64,000 bases of DNA from a virus: positions 1 to 64,000 of the IMG/VR virus record IMGVR_UViG_3300033233_000015; one strand, 5' to 3'. Below are positions 47,305-57,932 of the stretch, piece by piece. The position numbers and the translations under genes were made by a program. The notes under the pieces were generated by a model. That model saw only the letters and a list, made by a program, of their open reading frames with translations. It was not told the DNA's origin and did not search any database. Position 1 is the stretch's first letter, and each line of letters begins with the position of its first letter.

Positions 47305-47754
47305 GTGCCGCGCGGAGCGAAGCCAAAAATCTACGACAAGGGTCTCGTTGCGCGCGTAACCGATTTGTACGCGGGTGGGATGACGCAGACCGAAGTGGCC
47401 GCTGCGGTCGGGCTCACGCAGAAGGTCGTGTGGAAGTTGATGCTTCGTCACGGAATCAAGGCGCGCGTCGCGGCGAAACGAGATCAGCGAGGTCCGAAAA
47501 ATTCCACATGGAAAGGTGGGCAGGCTCGATATGCAGCCCTGCATCTTCGGGTCGCGACCGTTCGCGGTAAGCCGAAGCGATGCGGGGACTGCGGGACCAC
47601 GAAGGCGAAACGATACGAGTGGGCAAACCTGACGGGTCGCTACGACGACGTGAACGATTACAGACGGCTATGCGTTTCCTGTCATCACAAGATGGACGGA
47701 ACCGTCCGCAACCTTGGGGCGCACACCAAGAGAAAGGGTACTCGCCCGAGATGA
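47305..47754 (+). CDS. HTH plus HNH-like endonuclease
   Basis: WKG..A.Y.ALH.RV...C.DCG...YEWAN...Y.RLC.SCH...D. Confidence 0.75.
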   Translation: MPRGAKPKIYDKGLVARVTDLYAGGMTQTEVAAAVGLTQKVVWKLMLRHGIKARVAAKRDQRGPKNSTWKGGQARYAALHLRVATVRGKPKRCGDCGTTKAKRYEWANLTGRYDDVNDYRRLCVSCHHKMDGTVRNLGAHTKRKGTRPR

Positions 47755-49152
47755 TGACGATTGGTTCATTGTTCTCGGGCATAAGTAGGCGGCCTCGAGT
47801 TGGGGCTTGAGCGCTCGGGCTTCGGCCCCGTCGTCTTCCAGTGCGAGATCGATCCGTTCTGCCGCAGCGTGCTCGCAAAGCACTGGCCCGACGCAAAGAG
47901 GTATGAGGATGTCCGATCCATTGACGAGTCCGCTCCACGAGTCGACGTCCTCTGCGGAGGATTCCCTTGCACGGACATCAGCGTCGCTGGAAGGGGAGCG
48001 GGACTCGAGGGAGAGCACTCCGGGCTCTGGTTCGAGTTCGCTCGCATCATTCGCGTTCTACGACCGCGGATCGTTGTTGCCGAAAACGTGGCAGCTCTCC
48101 TTGGTAGGGGAATCGATCGTATACTCGGAGACCTTTCCTCGCTCGGGTACGATGCGGAGTGGTCGACTCTACGAGCGAGCGACTTGGGCGCGCCGCACCT
48201 CAGGGATCGCGTCTTCATCATCGCGTGGAGGGTGGCCGACGCCGACGGCGAACGACTGGAAGGGGCCGAACCTCAGCGGGAGCGGGACGGCGAGCTCGAA
48301 CTCGCTGTCGACGAAGGTAGCGTTGTGGCCGACGCCGAACGCAGCGAGGGGGCAGACGCTCCCCGAGGAAGCGTCGGACACGGGAGCGATGCCCGACGGC
48401 TCGAAGCGTCAGTTCGGTCTTCGCGAAGCGGTGAAGCGATCGACATGGCCGACGCCACGAGCTCACGATGCGGAGTCGCCGGGCGGATTCGATCGAGCGA
48501 CGGAGGGCGGCCCGAGCTTGGCGACGGCGGTGCGATTGTGGCCGACGCCCGACGCTTCGATGGTGACGGGCGGTCGGACGCTGCCGTCGGACTGCTCGGA
48601 TACGGGGCGCATGCCCGACGGGACGAAGAGACAGATGGGGCTGCGCGAGGCGGTGAAGCGCTCGACGTGGCCGACGCCGACAGCGGGCGATGCGAAATCA
48701 TCGGGATCGAGGAACCTCGAAGGCTCGGATGCACATCAGGGGATCTCGCTGACGGATCTGGTGCTGCACGGAGGCTCGACGATCGGCCGCCGTGGGACGA
48801 CGACGTGGCCGACACCGAGCGCGACGCCGTACGGATCGAGTCAGAACGGGGTGAACAGCGACAGACCGAGTGCGGGGACTCCGTCGCTCGAGACGAGCGC
48901 GAAGAAGGAGGGCGGCGTCCTGAATCCGTCGTGGGTCGAGTGCCTGATGGGATTTCCGATCGGGTACACCGATGGCCTGCCGGTCCCGACGAAGAGCAGT
49001 ACGAGTGGGAGCCGCCGCGCGCGCTCCCCAAAGGCCGACACCCCAACCGAGCCGCACGACTGAAGGCGCTCGGCAACGCGGTCGTGCCGCAGCAGGGCGA
49101 GGTTGTCGGTCGAGAGGTGCATCGGATTCTTGCTGAGCGAGGTGTGATGTGA
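47751..49152 (+). pseudogene. C5-cytosine DNA methyltransferase, alpha polypeptide, frameshifted in motif I
   Basis: SLFSGI [extra AGTA at 47784-47787] GGLELG; GFPC, ENV, R.RVF and LKALGNAVVP are intact. Confidence 0.8.
47903..49063 (+). CDS. Overlapping alternate-frame MTase beta polypeptide with WPTP repeats and motif IX
   Basis: Six WPTP repeats and LNPSWVECLMGFPIGYT; frame open for more than 1.1 kb; start uncertain. Confidence 0.7.
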   Translation: MRMSDPLTSPLHESTSSAEDSLARTSASLEGERDSRESTPGSGSSSLASFAFYDRGSLLPKTWQLSLVGESIVYSETFPRSGTMRSGRLYERATWARRTSGIASSSSRGGWPTPTANDWKGPNLSGSGTASSNSLSTKVALWPTPNAARGQTLPEEASDTGAMPDGSKRQFGLREAVKRSTWPTPRAHDAESPGGFDRATEGGPSLATAVRLWPTPDASMVTGGRTLPSDCSDTGRMPDGTKRQMGLREAVKRSTWPTPTAGDAKSSGSRNLEGSDAHQGISLTDLVLHGGSTIGRRGTTTWPTPSATPYGSSQNGVNSDRPSAGTPSLETSAKKEGGVLNPSWVECLMGFPIGYTDGLPVPTKSSTSGSRRARSPKADTPTEPHD

Positions 49153-49899
49153 TCGCGCTGTTCAGGCGGGGCACCCTCAAGCTCGAAATGTATCTCGTGG
49201 ACGCCTTCGGAAATAGGCTTCCAACGAACCAAGGAATCGCCGTCGCTGGCTATTTCCCGAGTCTTCCGCCGACACCAGCGCCGACGGGGATCCCCGTCTT
49301 GTCGCCAGGCAGGCGTCTCTGCTCTGGCTGCCAGCAGGTTCGACCCCTCGCCGAGTTCGGTTACGGCGGTCACGACGGCCACGCGCGCGCCGCGCGATGC
49401 GCGTCGTGTCGCCGCGCGAATCCGTACGCTCGCATGGGTGAACGCGAGTGCGAACGATGTGGATGTCGAACCGACGCCGCTGGTGGCGTCTGTCGATTCT
49501 GTCAGGAACGAGAAGGTCAGAAGGAGAACGATCATGGATAAGAAAGAGTTGTGGCTCAGGTTTGCGTGTGCGGCTTTGGCGAACCTCGAGACGGGAGACG
49601 ACATCGACGACGACGCGGAAGACGTCGCGAAGCTCGCCGACGCGATGGTCGAGGAGTACGAAGAGCGGTTCGCCACCCCCCGTCGGCGCCGCGGCAAAGA
49701 AGGAGACTGATCGATGGCTCAGTTCTTCGTGCCGATCGACGTCGCGATCGAAGCTCGTGATCGCGAAGACGCCTTTCGTCAGGCGAGCAGCGTCCAAGCG
49801 CTCGTGAAGAACCCCTTCGTCCGAGGTCAACTCGAGAACGAGGGGGTTCAGGTCAAGAAGATCACCGTCTTCATGCCGCAAGAGAAACCGAGGGTGTGA
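49149..49899 (+). CDS. Three small hypothetical genes (49149-49541 Zn-finger-like, 49534-49710, 49714-49899)
   Basis: Coupled ORFs. Confidence 0.55.
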
Positions 49900-49901
49900 C
49901 C

Positions 49902-50765
49902 ATGGGAACGAAAGATACTCGCGCGGCACACGGGGCTTCGGGCAAGAGGGACGTCCTCTTGTTCGATCCCGACGACTTGGTGCTCGTCACCGATCCGAGC
50001 CACCCGCTCTACCAGCCGTCGGTCAACGCTCCGCCCGAAGAGGCCGACGTGCTCAACATCATGCACTACGGCATCATCGAACCGATCGTCGTGCGCAAGA
50101 ATCCCGAGACGGGCGAGACCGAGGTCGTCGCGGGACGGACGCGAACCAAGGCGCTTCGCGAGGCGAACCGCCGCCTCAAGGCGCGAGGCGACAAGCCGCA
50201 CATGATGCCAGCCATCGCCAAGCGCGGTGAGATTTCGATGCTCGCGGGCGTCATGGTGAGCGAGAACGCCATCCGACGCACGTACTCCCCCATGGAGCGC
50301 GCGAACGAGATGAAGAAGCTCGCCGACATGAACTTCTCGGACGAGGACATCGCCGTCACGTTCGGGCTGAAATCGGTCACGAGCGTCAAGACGGCGATGG
50401 CGGTCCTCGACGCGACCAAGACGGTGCGTGACGCCGTCGACTCGGGCAAGGTCACGTTCGCGCAGGCCGCGAAGCTGGCGTCACTGCCGCCCGACGATCA
50501 GCGCGCGAAGATCGAGGAGATCGACAAGATCGGCGCCGTCAACGGCAAGCGCAACGGCAGCGCGCGACAGCGAGCTCAGTTCGTCAACGATGGCCCCGTC
50601 GCTCGCGGCAAGCGAGAAGTCGAGAAGAAACTCGAAGCGCTCAAGGGAGAAGACGTTCCCGCGAAACTCGACGCTCACCGAGTTCGGCACTGGCGAGAGG
50701 CGCTTGAGTGGTATCTCGGCGAGGAGAACGCGCTCTGTTCGGTGGTGGCGAGCGATGGCGACTAG
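49902..50765 (+). CDS. ParB-like protein
   Basis: GIIEPIVVR, VVAGRTR..A, SENAIR, HTH. Confidence 0.85.
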   Translation: MGTKDTRAAHGASGKRDVLLFDPDDLVLVTDPSHPLYQPSVNAPPEEADVLNIMHYGIIEPIVVRKNPETGETEVVAGRTRTKALREANRRLKARGDKPHMMPAIAKRGEISMLAGVMVSENAIRRTYSPMERANEMKKLADMNFSDEDIAVTFGLKSVTSVKTAMAVLDATKTVRDAVDSGKVTFAQAAKLASLPPDDQRAKIEEIDKIGAVNGKRNGSARQRAQFVNDGPVARGKREVEKKLEALKGEDVPAKLDAHRVRHWREALEWYLGEENALCSVVASDGD

Positions 50766-51138
50766 GCGCAAACCGTACGTCGCGCCGAAGATCGTCATCC
50801 TGCCGACGACGATGGTGGTTTCTCGTCCGCGCTGGAAGGAGTTCCTCTCTCGCATGGAGGGGAAAGAGGGCTGCAACTTCCGCGAGGATCCGAAGAAGCT
50901 AGAGACCCGCAAGGAGAGCGCGCGGTTCGGCAAGCCTCGGATCGTTTGGAACTGCGAGCACACCCTGAATATCGCCTCGCGACTGCTTCGAAAGATGGGC
51001 TTCGATGTCGAATCGTCGCTCACTTACTTCCGCAGCCGCGGCGGCTACTGCGACTGCGAAGTGCTCTTCAACGTGCCGCGTCGACGTCGTCGCGGGCGAC
51101 AGCGACGGCGCATTCGGAAGAAGGGATCACCGTCATGA
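50755..51138 (+). CDS. DUF2695-like protein
   Basis: C.HTL...GGYCDCEVLFNV. Confidence 0.75.
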   Translation: MATRRKPYVAPKIVILPTTMVVSRPRWKEFLSRMEGKEGCNFREDPKKLETRKESARFGKPRIVWNCEHTLNIASRLLRKMGFDVESSLTYFRSRGGYCDCEVLFNVPRRRRRGRQRRRIRKKGSPS

Positions 51139-53276
51139 CGCGGCACTTTTCGTTCTGGTGCGAGTCATGCCCGACGCGCGTTCTGGTGGAGACGGAGGTG
51201 TCCGCAGCTTCCTGCTATCCCGATCCTGAGTACGTGGGCGCGATGGACGGAGTGGCCACCGCACGTATCCGTCCGCCTGTAGAACACGATGACGGGCTTG
51301 AGATCGCTGATCTCTGCCCCGCGGACGGCGGGCAGCTGCACTGCCTCGACGAACTGATCGGTCGAGGCCTCATCCCGCATCACGACGACATCGACTCTCC
51401 GAATCTGCACGCAGGTTGGATCGAGAAAAGAAAGGCGAGTGCGTGAACTCGCGTCGCCCGTGCCCCGACTGCGGCGAACCGGTCGAGGTTCGCCGCTCGG
51501 AGTCGGAGGGGAACTATCCAGGCGCGATGGTGATCTTGGGCTTCGAGATCAAGTGCGGTCCCGAACACGAACGACGATGCCGATACTACAAGGAGAAGAC
51601 ATCATGAGCGCTCGAGGCAAGGCAAGGAAGTTGGTCCGTCTCGCTACGGACAAGGGGACACCGGACAACGAAGCGATGGCCGCCGCGATGACGGCATGCA
51701 GGATCATCAACGAGAACGATCTGCTCGACGACGAAGGCGAGGGTGGTATCGGATCGATCATCAGCGGCGCTGGTCTCGACGAAGATCAGGTCGAAGCCGC
51801 CACATCGATCTTCAAGAAGCTCTCCGATCCCGAGTTCGTCTCGTCGGTGAAGAAGATCGCGCGTTCGCTCATGCGGGGGAGGCGGAGGTGAACCGCGACA
51901 CGCGACGACGTGCCGAGCGTCGCGCTGAAGGCGTCTGTATTCGGTGCGGCAAATGGGAGATCGCGCGCGAGCGATCACGATCACGGTGCGGCGACTGCCT
52001 CGAATACCAACGGACACGAAACGAGCGAGCGAGGAGACGATGAGCTGGCACGCGCGATGGGGAAAACCCGATCCGTTCAAGAAGCCGGTCAAGGTCGGCG
52101 AGCGAATCGGACCATGGGAGGTGCTCGGCGAAGTTCGCGCGCACGCGCACTACGGTGTTCAAATCAAGGCGCGATGCATCGTCTGCGGGGTCACGCGCAT
52201 CCACGTTCAGACGCGCTTGCGGTACGCGGCGAAGAAGGCGAAGCGCGGTGGCGTCGCGCTCGGTCACAAGGGATGCGGAAAGACGAAGCGATGATCTCCA
52301 CCACATGCATCGTGTGCGGCGGGTTCGCGACCGAGTGGTGTGCTCGGCTCGAGCATCGCGCGTTCGCGTCGAGCATCACGCCGAAGATGGAGCCGCACTG
52401 CCGCGAGCACGGGATGGTGAGATTCTTAGACGACTCGAAGCGTGTCGATTGGGCCGCGCGTCTCGCCGTCGTCAAGAGCGACTGGTATCGCGTGCTCAAG
52501 TTCTGCAGCATCGAGCCCGCCTTCAACGACTCGATGACGGATTCGCTCGCGGTCGAACGGTACATCAAGGAGCTTCAGATCGCCCTCGACCTCGCGGGCA
52601 CCGTCATGTGTCTCATGTGCACGCGCACCGATCACACGACAGCCGAGCACGAGCGGCTCGCGGAGATGAGCCCGCAGCCCTCTGGCGGCATCGAGGCGAT
52701 GCGCAAGGGCGAGTTGAAGAAACTTCGCAAGATCGCAGAGGCGGCCCGAGACGTCGTCGATTCGACGGAGGACGTCTTCGCCGAGCTCAACGAACTGCTC
52801 CGAGAGGCTGGCTACTAGTGGGCGCCGTAGATATCTTCTCCGCGACGGAGCCGTGCGAGTATGAGGGCTCGCGCAAGGTGATCTCGCGCGACGGACACGC
52901 TTCACCGCTGCTCTGCGTCGCGCATGCGGAGGAGTGGTTCAAGAACGTGCCCGGCTGCACGCACATCGCGCGTCCGAGGCTCCTTCCGGGCGAGGGAGAA
53001 TCGCACCCCTGCCAAGCGAACTGGCCGTTCACGGGGGCTGTACCAGGATGAAGAAAGGATCGGATCATGACGCCTAGAGAATTGGGTGGAGCAATCACGC
53101 GCGCGGAGGACGTGTTCGTTTGGGTGGGGTACACCCGAGACAAGGGGGTGTTCATTCGCGTCCCGAAGCCGGCGGCGAGAGAGATTGTGGACGAGGCGAA
53201 AGCCGAAGAGGTGACGAACGTCGAGGCGCACGCCTCCGGCAACGAAGTCTTCATTGGCCATTCGCCGCCGTACTGA
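51135..53276 (+). CDS. Run of small hypothetical genes (including 51604-51891 DUF2786-like and 52291-52818)
   Basis: Chain of overlapping start/stop codons; KARKL.RLA......NEA.AA. Confidence 0.5.
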
Positions 53277-54163
53277 TGCTCTCCCTACCTTCCGAACTCG
53301 CAGGTCTTCCGCTCGTCGCGTCCGTGAGCGGAGGCAAGGATTCGACGGCGCTCATCCTCGCGCTGCTCGAGGCGGGGCTCGTGACGCGCTACGTCTTCGC
53401 CGACACGGGATGGGAAGCGCCAGAGACGTACACGTACCTCGACACGCTCCGCACGAAGCTCGGGATCGTGATCGACGTAGTGGGCGTGCCAGGAGGGATG
53501 CTCGCCATCGCGACGAAGAAGGCGGGCTTCCCTCAGCGCAAGGGGCGGTGGTGCACCGAGAAGCTCAAGATGATTCCGATCCGCGAATACCACCGCGCGA
53601 TCGGCGCCGACGTCGTCAACGTGGTCGGCGTCCGCGCGGAAGAGAGCGCGAAGCGGGCGGCGATGTCGGAACTCGAGGACGACGCCGAATGGGGCGGGTG
53701 GGTGTGGAGACCGCTGCTTCGATGGAGCGTCGCGGAGGTGCTGGCGATCCACCATCGACACGGCGTCCCCGTGAACCCGCTCTACAAGCGCGGTCACAAC
53801 CGCGTCGGCTGCTACCCGTGCATCAACGCCGACAAGGAAGAGATCCGCCTCGTCGCCGAACACTCGCCCGAGCGCATCGACGAGATTCGGGCGCACGAGC
53901 TGGCGCAGAGCACCGAGCGCGCGCGCCGCAACACGAGCGGCGAAGGAAACTTCAAGCATCTGACCTCGACGTACTTCAGTGCGCGTGAGTCGCTCGGACC
54001 GCGCGGCATCGACGAGGTCGTGGAGTGGTCGCGCACCGACCACGGCGGCAAGCAGCTGCCGCTCCTCGCTTCCGTTCCGAGCGGCGGATGTATGCGATGG
54101 GGTCTCTGCGAACCGCCGACGACGGAAGGAGAAGGAGAAGACGATGCAGCACAAGGAAATTGA
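53276..54163 (+). CDS. PAPS reductase family (PP-loop) protein
   Basis: SGGKDS, ADTGWE, WCTEKLK, GVRAEES.KR, RPLLRW, NPLY..G..RVGC.PC. Confidence 0.88.
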   Translation: MLSLPSELAGLPLVASVSGGKDSTALILALLEAGLVTRYVFADTGWEAPETYTYLDTLRTKLGIVIDVVGVPGGMLAIATKKAGFPQRKGRWCTEKLKMIPIREYHRAIGADVVNVVGVRAEESAKRAAMSELEDDAEWGGWVWRPLLRWSVAEVLAIHHRHGVPVNPLYKRGHNRVGCYPCINADKEEIRLVAEHSPERIDEIRAHELAQSTERARRNTSGEGNFKHLTSTYFSARESLGPRGIDEVVEWSRTDHGGKQLPLLASVPSGGCMRWGLCEPPTTEGEGEDDAAQGN

Positions 54164-55420
54164 CTCGATGCCTACGGGGGTGGCTCACCCCGACGGCCGC
54201 ACGTACAGCAACGCGACGCCCGACGACAAGAAGCCGATCGACAAGGACACCCCAAAGTGCGTCGGCTGCGGAAGCTGGCATGGGGGTGTAGGGGCAGAGC
54301 ATCTCTGCATGCAGGCGGAGATCCTCCGCCTACGAACGGAGAACCACGCACTGAGGCTGCGATGACAGACGACGATCCGTTTTTCCCTACGACGATGACC
54401 ACCGCAGCGAAGGCCGATCTCGAGCTGCTCGATCGCATCCTCGATCCGCGAAACGATCCCGAACTGTCACCCGCCGAGCGGCGCGCGTTCCACGACATGC
54501 GGTGCACGATTCGCGCGGGAGACCAGGGCAGGCTCACCGCGAAACAAGCGGCGTGGGCGAACGAGGTCAATGCGCGGCTCAGGCCGATCGATCTCAGTAC
54601 GGTGCCTGGGCTGACGGGTCGCGTTCCAACGATGTCCGTGCTCGCGGCGCCGCTACCGAAAAGGCCACCCGGACGATGAAAACGTGCGAGGTGTGCGGGT
54701 GCCAGGTTCCCGATCGCAGTCACCAGGACGCGACCGCGCGGACTTGCTCTCCGACGTGCGCGTCGACGCTGTTCAAGCGCGAACATCCCGACTGGTCTCG
54801 TCGTCTTCTCGTTGCGGACGAGGATCACCCGATGCTCGGGCTTCGGATAGTACGGCGCGAGCGTCCACTTCCCACCGAAGTAGGAGAAGAACGGCCTGAG
54901 CGGCGCGCTGAATCCGAAGCCGAGCTGTCGGGTTGGCTCTCTCATTGGTCGTCCTGCTTGCGGGACGAGTACGACGGACGTGGCGGCCGGCGGAGAGGCG
55001 AGGACGGCATGAACGAATGGGAAAAATTGCCAGCGGACACGTCTAAGACGTGCGGGTATTCCGAACTGCCGTTTCACGGCGGGACCATCGTGGTGTGGAC
55101 CTCGAACGAAGATGCTTCAGGTCGATGCGGTAAGAAGGCAACGACGGCACGCATCTCTAGATGCGGATGCGGCAGGCGCGACATGTCCACCTTCTGTTGC
55201 GACAAGCATCGGAAACACGCGGGTTCGTGATCCGATGAGCAGGGGCGCCCAACGCGACGAGACGATCCTTCTCCAGCAGATGGTCGACGCCATCCGCGAG
55301 TCGCGAGGCCAACCTCCTCTCTACGCGACCGATCGCGAGACGTACCACGTGTACCCCGATCCAACCGCGAGCCGAGATTTTCTTCCGTCCGGCATGAAGC
55401 GCAGTCGCGTCTATCAGTGA
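54144..55420 (+). CDS. Terminal run of small hypothetical genes of the right arm
   Basis: Coupled ORFs 54144-54365, 54362-54679, 54676-55230 and 55236-55420. Confidence 0.45.
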
Positions 55421-55503
55421 CGAGCCCACACCCACGCGAGCGCGATGACGACCGCGATCGATCCCAAGATGACGATCGCGACGAGGACCACGCCCTCCTT
55501 CAC
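55414..55503 (-). CDS. 29-aa single-TM membrane peptide
   Basis: MKEGVVLVAIVILGSIAVVIALAWVWARH; GTGA-coupled to the upstream gene. Confidence 0.55.
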   Translation of the reverse strand: MKEGVVLVAIVILGSIAVVIALAWVWARH

Positions 55504-56471
55504 GAGAAGGCTCGGCGGAAGAAGTCGACGACACCGCCCACGACAGCGCCAACGAGGGCGCCGACGGGACCTCCGATCGCAGCTCCGACCGCTACGCCTC
55601 CCGCGATGATCGCCACGTCGCTAGCGCCCGATCCTTTCGTAGCGACCATCGGCGAACGAAGACCTGCCGTGCACATCATGCCGACCTTCGTCTGCACAGC
55701 GACGCAGTTGTACGGCGCGATTCCTGGCTGACGACCGACGAGCAGTGGCTTGCCGTCATGAACCATGAGACCGCAGAGCTCGGGATCGCTCATCACATCG
55801 ACCGTGTCTCTTGGGGTGCCGTCCACGATGCAGTAGCGACTGAGGAGTCCCTGCGCGATCCCCACATAGTCGTCCTGATCGGTGCCGTGAAACGGGGGCC
55901 ACCAGTAGCCTTGGATGACTCCGATGCTCGGTTCGCTCACCGTCTTCGCGACCTTGACCCCGAGCCAGGTCGTCCCTCCGGGCTGCGGCACGTACTGGCC
56001 GTAGTTCTCGGCCTTGCCAGGATAGCTGGCGAGCTGGTTGTCGATGATCCACGGCTTGCCGGGACCGAAGAAGAGCCCACCCGAGTAGCCCGCCTTCACG
56101 AGCGCGTCGTCGAGCATCTTCGAGTTCGTTCGCATCGTCGAAACGAACATCATCTCGTTCGTCGTGAGATGCATCATTCCGAGCGTGATCGGCGTCACCG
56201 TCACCGCGCGTTGCATGTACGCGAGGTCCGAGAGACGCGCGGTGAGGAACGTGCACTCAAGGATGTCCGCCACCCGCTGCATGATGCGTGCGCCCATGCC
56301 CGGATAGAAGCCGTCGATCTTGATCGGCGTCGAGGTCACGTAGAACGTCGCGGTGTGGTTCTTGTACGAGCTCGTGATGGGCGTGAACGTGACCTGAGCC
56401 TGCCCGTTCTTCACGGCGTCGAGGACGAGAGCTTCGTAGGCGGGATCGCTTGCTGACTTGGGCCAGTTCAT
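55500..56471 (-). CDS. Globular protein with C-terminal Gly-zipper membrane anchor
   Basis: ATGA coupling; GGVAVGAAIGGPVGALVGAVVGG. Confidence 0.65.
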   Translation of the reverse strand: MNWPKSASDPAYEALVLDAVKNGQAQVTFTPITSSYKNHTATFYVTSTPIKIDGFYPGMGARIMQRVADILECTFLTARLSDLAYMQRAVTVTPITLGMMHLTTNEMMFVSTMRTNSKMLDDALVKAGYSGGLFFGPGKPWIIDNQLASYPGKAENYGQYVPQPGGTTWLGVKVAKTVSEPSIGVIQGYWWPPFHGTDQDDYVGIAQGLLSRYCIVDGTPRDTVDVMSDPELCGLMVHDGKPLLVGRQPGIAPYNCVAVQTKVGMMCTAGLRSPMVATKGSGASDVAIIAGGVAVGAAIGGPVGALVGAVVGGVVDFFRRAFS

Positions 56472-56887
56472 TTTTGCATCAACTCCCATCCCGTAAACGC
56501 GAGGCCAGCACTGAGCGACACGATGGTGAGCACCGCAGCGGTCTTCGACAAGCTCGACATCTGCTGTACGGGCGGCGTCGGTTCTACGCCGCCCGTCGGA
56601 ACGTACGCGCCGCACGCGTGGAAGCATCCCTCAAGGGGGTTGCCCTGCCGATCGCGCGTCCATGTGTGCGGCTCGACGAGGAGAAGCGCGGTCACTCCGG
56701 GCAGAGGGAAGCTCTCGGTTACGCCGAGCGGAATCGCCAGATCGTTCGCCAGGGCGTTCGCTCGAGCGACGAGCGCTGCAGGGATGGGGCCGTCTTCGCC
56801 CTCATTCCAGTAGCGGTATCCGCTCGGAATGACTCCGCGCGGGCACTTGGCGGCGTAGCCCGCTCCTGCTCCGTACGAGACAGACAT
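56468..56887 (-). CDS. C-terminally anchored membrane protein
   Basis: SSLSKTAA plus TM; leaderless-type start. Confidence 0.65.
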   Translation of the reverse strand: MSVSYGAGAGYAAKCPRGVIPSGYRYWNEGEDGPIPAALVARANALANDLAIPLGVTESFPLPGVTALLLVEPHTWTRDRQGNPLEGCFHACGAYVPTGGVEPTPPVQQMSSLSKTAAVLTIVSLSAGLAFTGWELMQK

Positions 56888-56912
56888 CGCTCAGGAGCGT
56901 AACATGCGGGGC

Positions 56913-57932
56913 ATGTACGTGCGCGACGGCTTCGAGGACGTGGCCTTCAACGGAAGGCGAGTCACGAGTCTCGGATACGGTCTCGGGTTCGATCTCAGCG
57001 ACGTGGGCGACGCGGTTATGGATGTTGTTGACGCCGCCATCGATGCGGTCGCGTACTTTGGAAAGCACCTCGACTCGGTTGCCGAAATTGCGATCGTGGC
57101 CGGTCTCGTGATGGCGACTGGCGGCGGGGTCTTGCTCGCGAAGGGCGCGGTAGGTGCCGCAACACTCATCGCGGTGGGTGGTGCGCTGAGTTCTGCGGGG
57201 TACGCGATCGATCGGTTGGAAAAACAGTACGGACCGCAAATCAAGGCCGCGATCGATTGGGCTCAGACGGGAACTCACTCCGCGACCGACGCGCTCCGCA
57301 AAGCGATGCACGACATGCCTCCGAAGGAGCAGGCCGATCTCATCGCGTCGCAGGACTACCGTATCGCGATCAATCTGCTCAACGACTACGGGGCTCACCC
57401 CGAACGCACTGCGGGAATGCCTGAGCCGACGTTTCGCGATCCGGATGTTGATGTGGCTGCGATCTTGAAGAAGGTCAGCGCGAACGAGCTGACGGGACGC
57501 GAAGCGTACGAAGCGTTCGCGAACAGCGGTCGCATGGCCGAGAGCGCGATCGAGCGTGCGAAGTGGGAGAACAGCCTTCGCTATTCACCGATCGGGGCGC
57601 TCATCCTCGCTGGCATCGCCGAGAACAGCAAGTCGGCTGTCGTGATGCTCGGCACGGCTCGAGATTTGGAGAACGCGGCAGCCGCACATCCATCCAACGA
57701 GTCGGAGCTCCTCGGTCTCGCGAAGACGTTGAGGGAACGTGCGAAGCAGACGGCTCGCGCTGCCGCTGGAGCGGGGGTCGCGAGCGCGGGGGTCGCGAGC
57801 ACGAGCGGCAAGAAAAAACTCGTCGTCGGCACCGTCGTCGCGGGCGGCGCTGCGGCGGGCGGGCTCGCGTGGTACGCGAGCAAGCACGGCCTCACGATGA
57901 TGCAGGCGCTTCGTCGGATCTTCGGTCATTGA
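56913..57932 (+). CDS. Membrane protein with GRxV...GLG leader
   Basis: GFEDVAFNGRRVTSLGYGLG; TM hairpin and C-terminal TM; start 56913 inferred from TAACAT-N7-ATG. Confidence 0.7.
   Translation: MYVRDGFEDVAFNGRRVTSLGYGLGFDLSDVGDAVMDVVDAAIDAVAYFGKHLDSVAEIAIVAGLVMATGGGVLLAKGAVGAATLIAVGGALSSAGYAIDRLEKQYGPQIKAAIDWAQTGTHSATDALRKAMHDMPPKEQADLIASQDYRIAINLLNDYGAHPERTAGMPEPTFRDPDVDVAAILKKVSANELTGREAYEAFANSGRMAESAIERAKWENSLRYSPIGALILAGIAENSKSAVVMLGTARDLENAAAAHPSNESELLGLAKTLRERAKQTARAAAGAGVASAGVASTSGKKKLVVGTVVAGGAAAGGLAWYASKHGLTMMQALRRIFGH

Noticed and set aside
48273-49697. Long antisense or off-frame ORFs (e.g. 48273..49697, 35340..36581, 9786..10925, most of 59568..60911)
   Set aside because: Shadow ORFs expected at high GC; Arg/Ser-rich, without motifs, and overlapping well-supported genes.
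49902-50765. ParB as evidence of a plasmid partition locus
   Set aside because: No ParA or parS-like repeats seen nearby.
53276-54163. PAPS-reductase-like gene as evidence of a phosphorothioation (dnd/ssp) system
   Set aside because: No other dnd or ssp genes are recognisable, and stand-alone homologs are common in phages.
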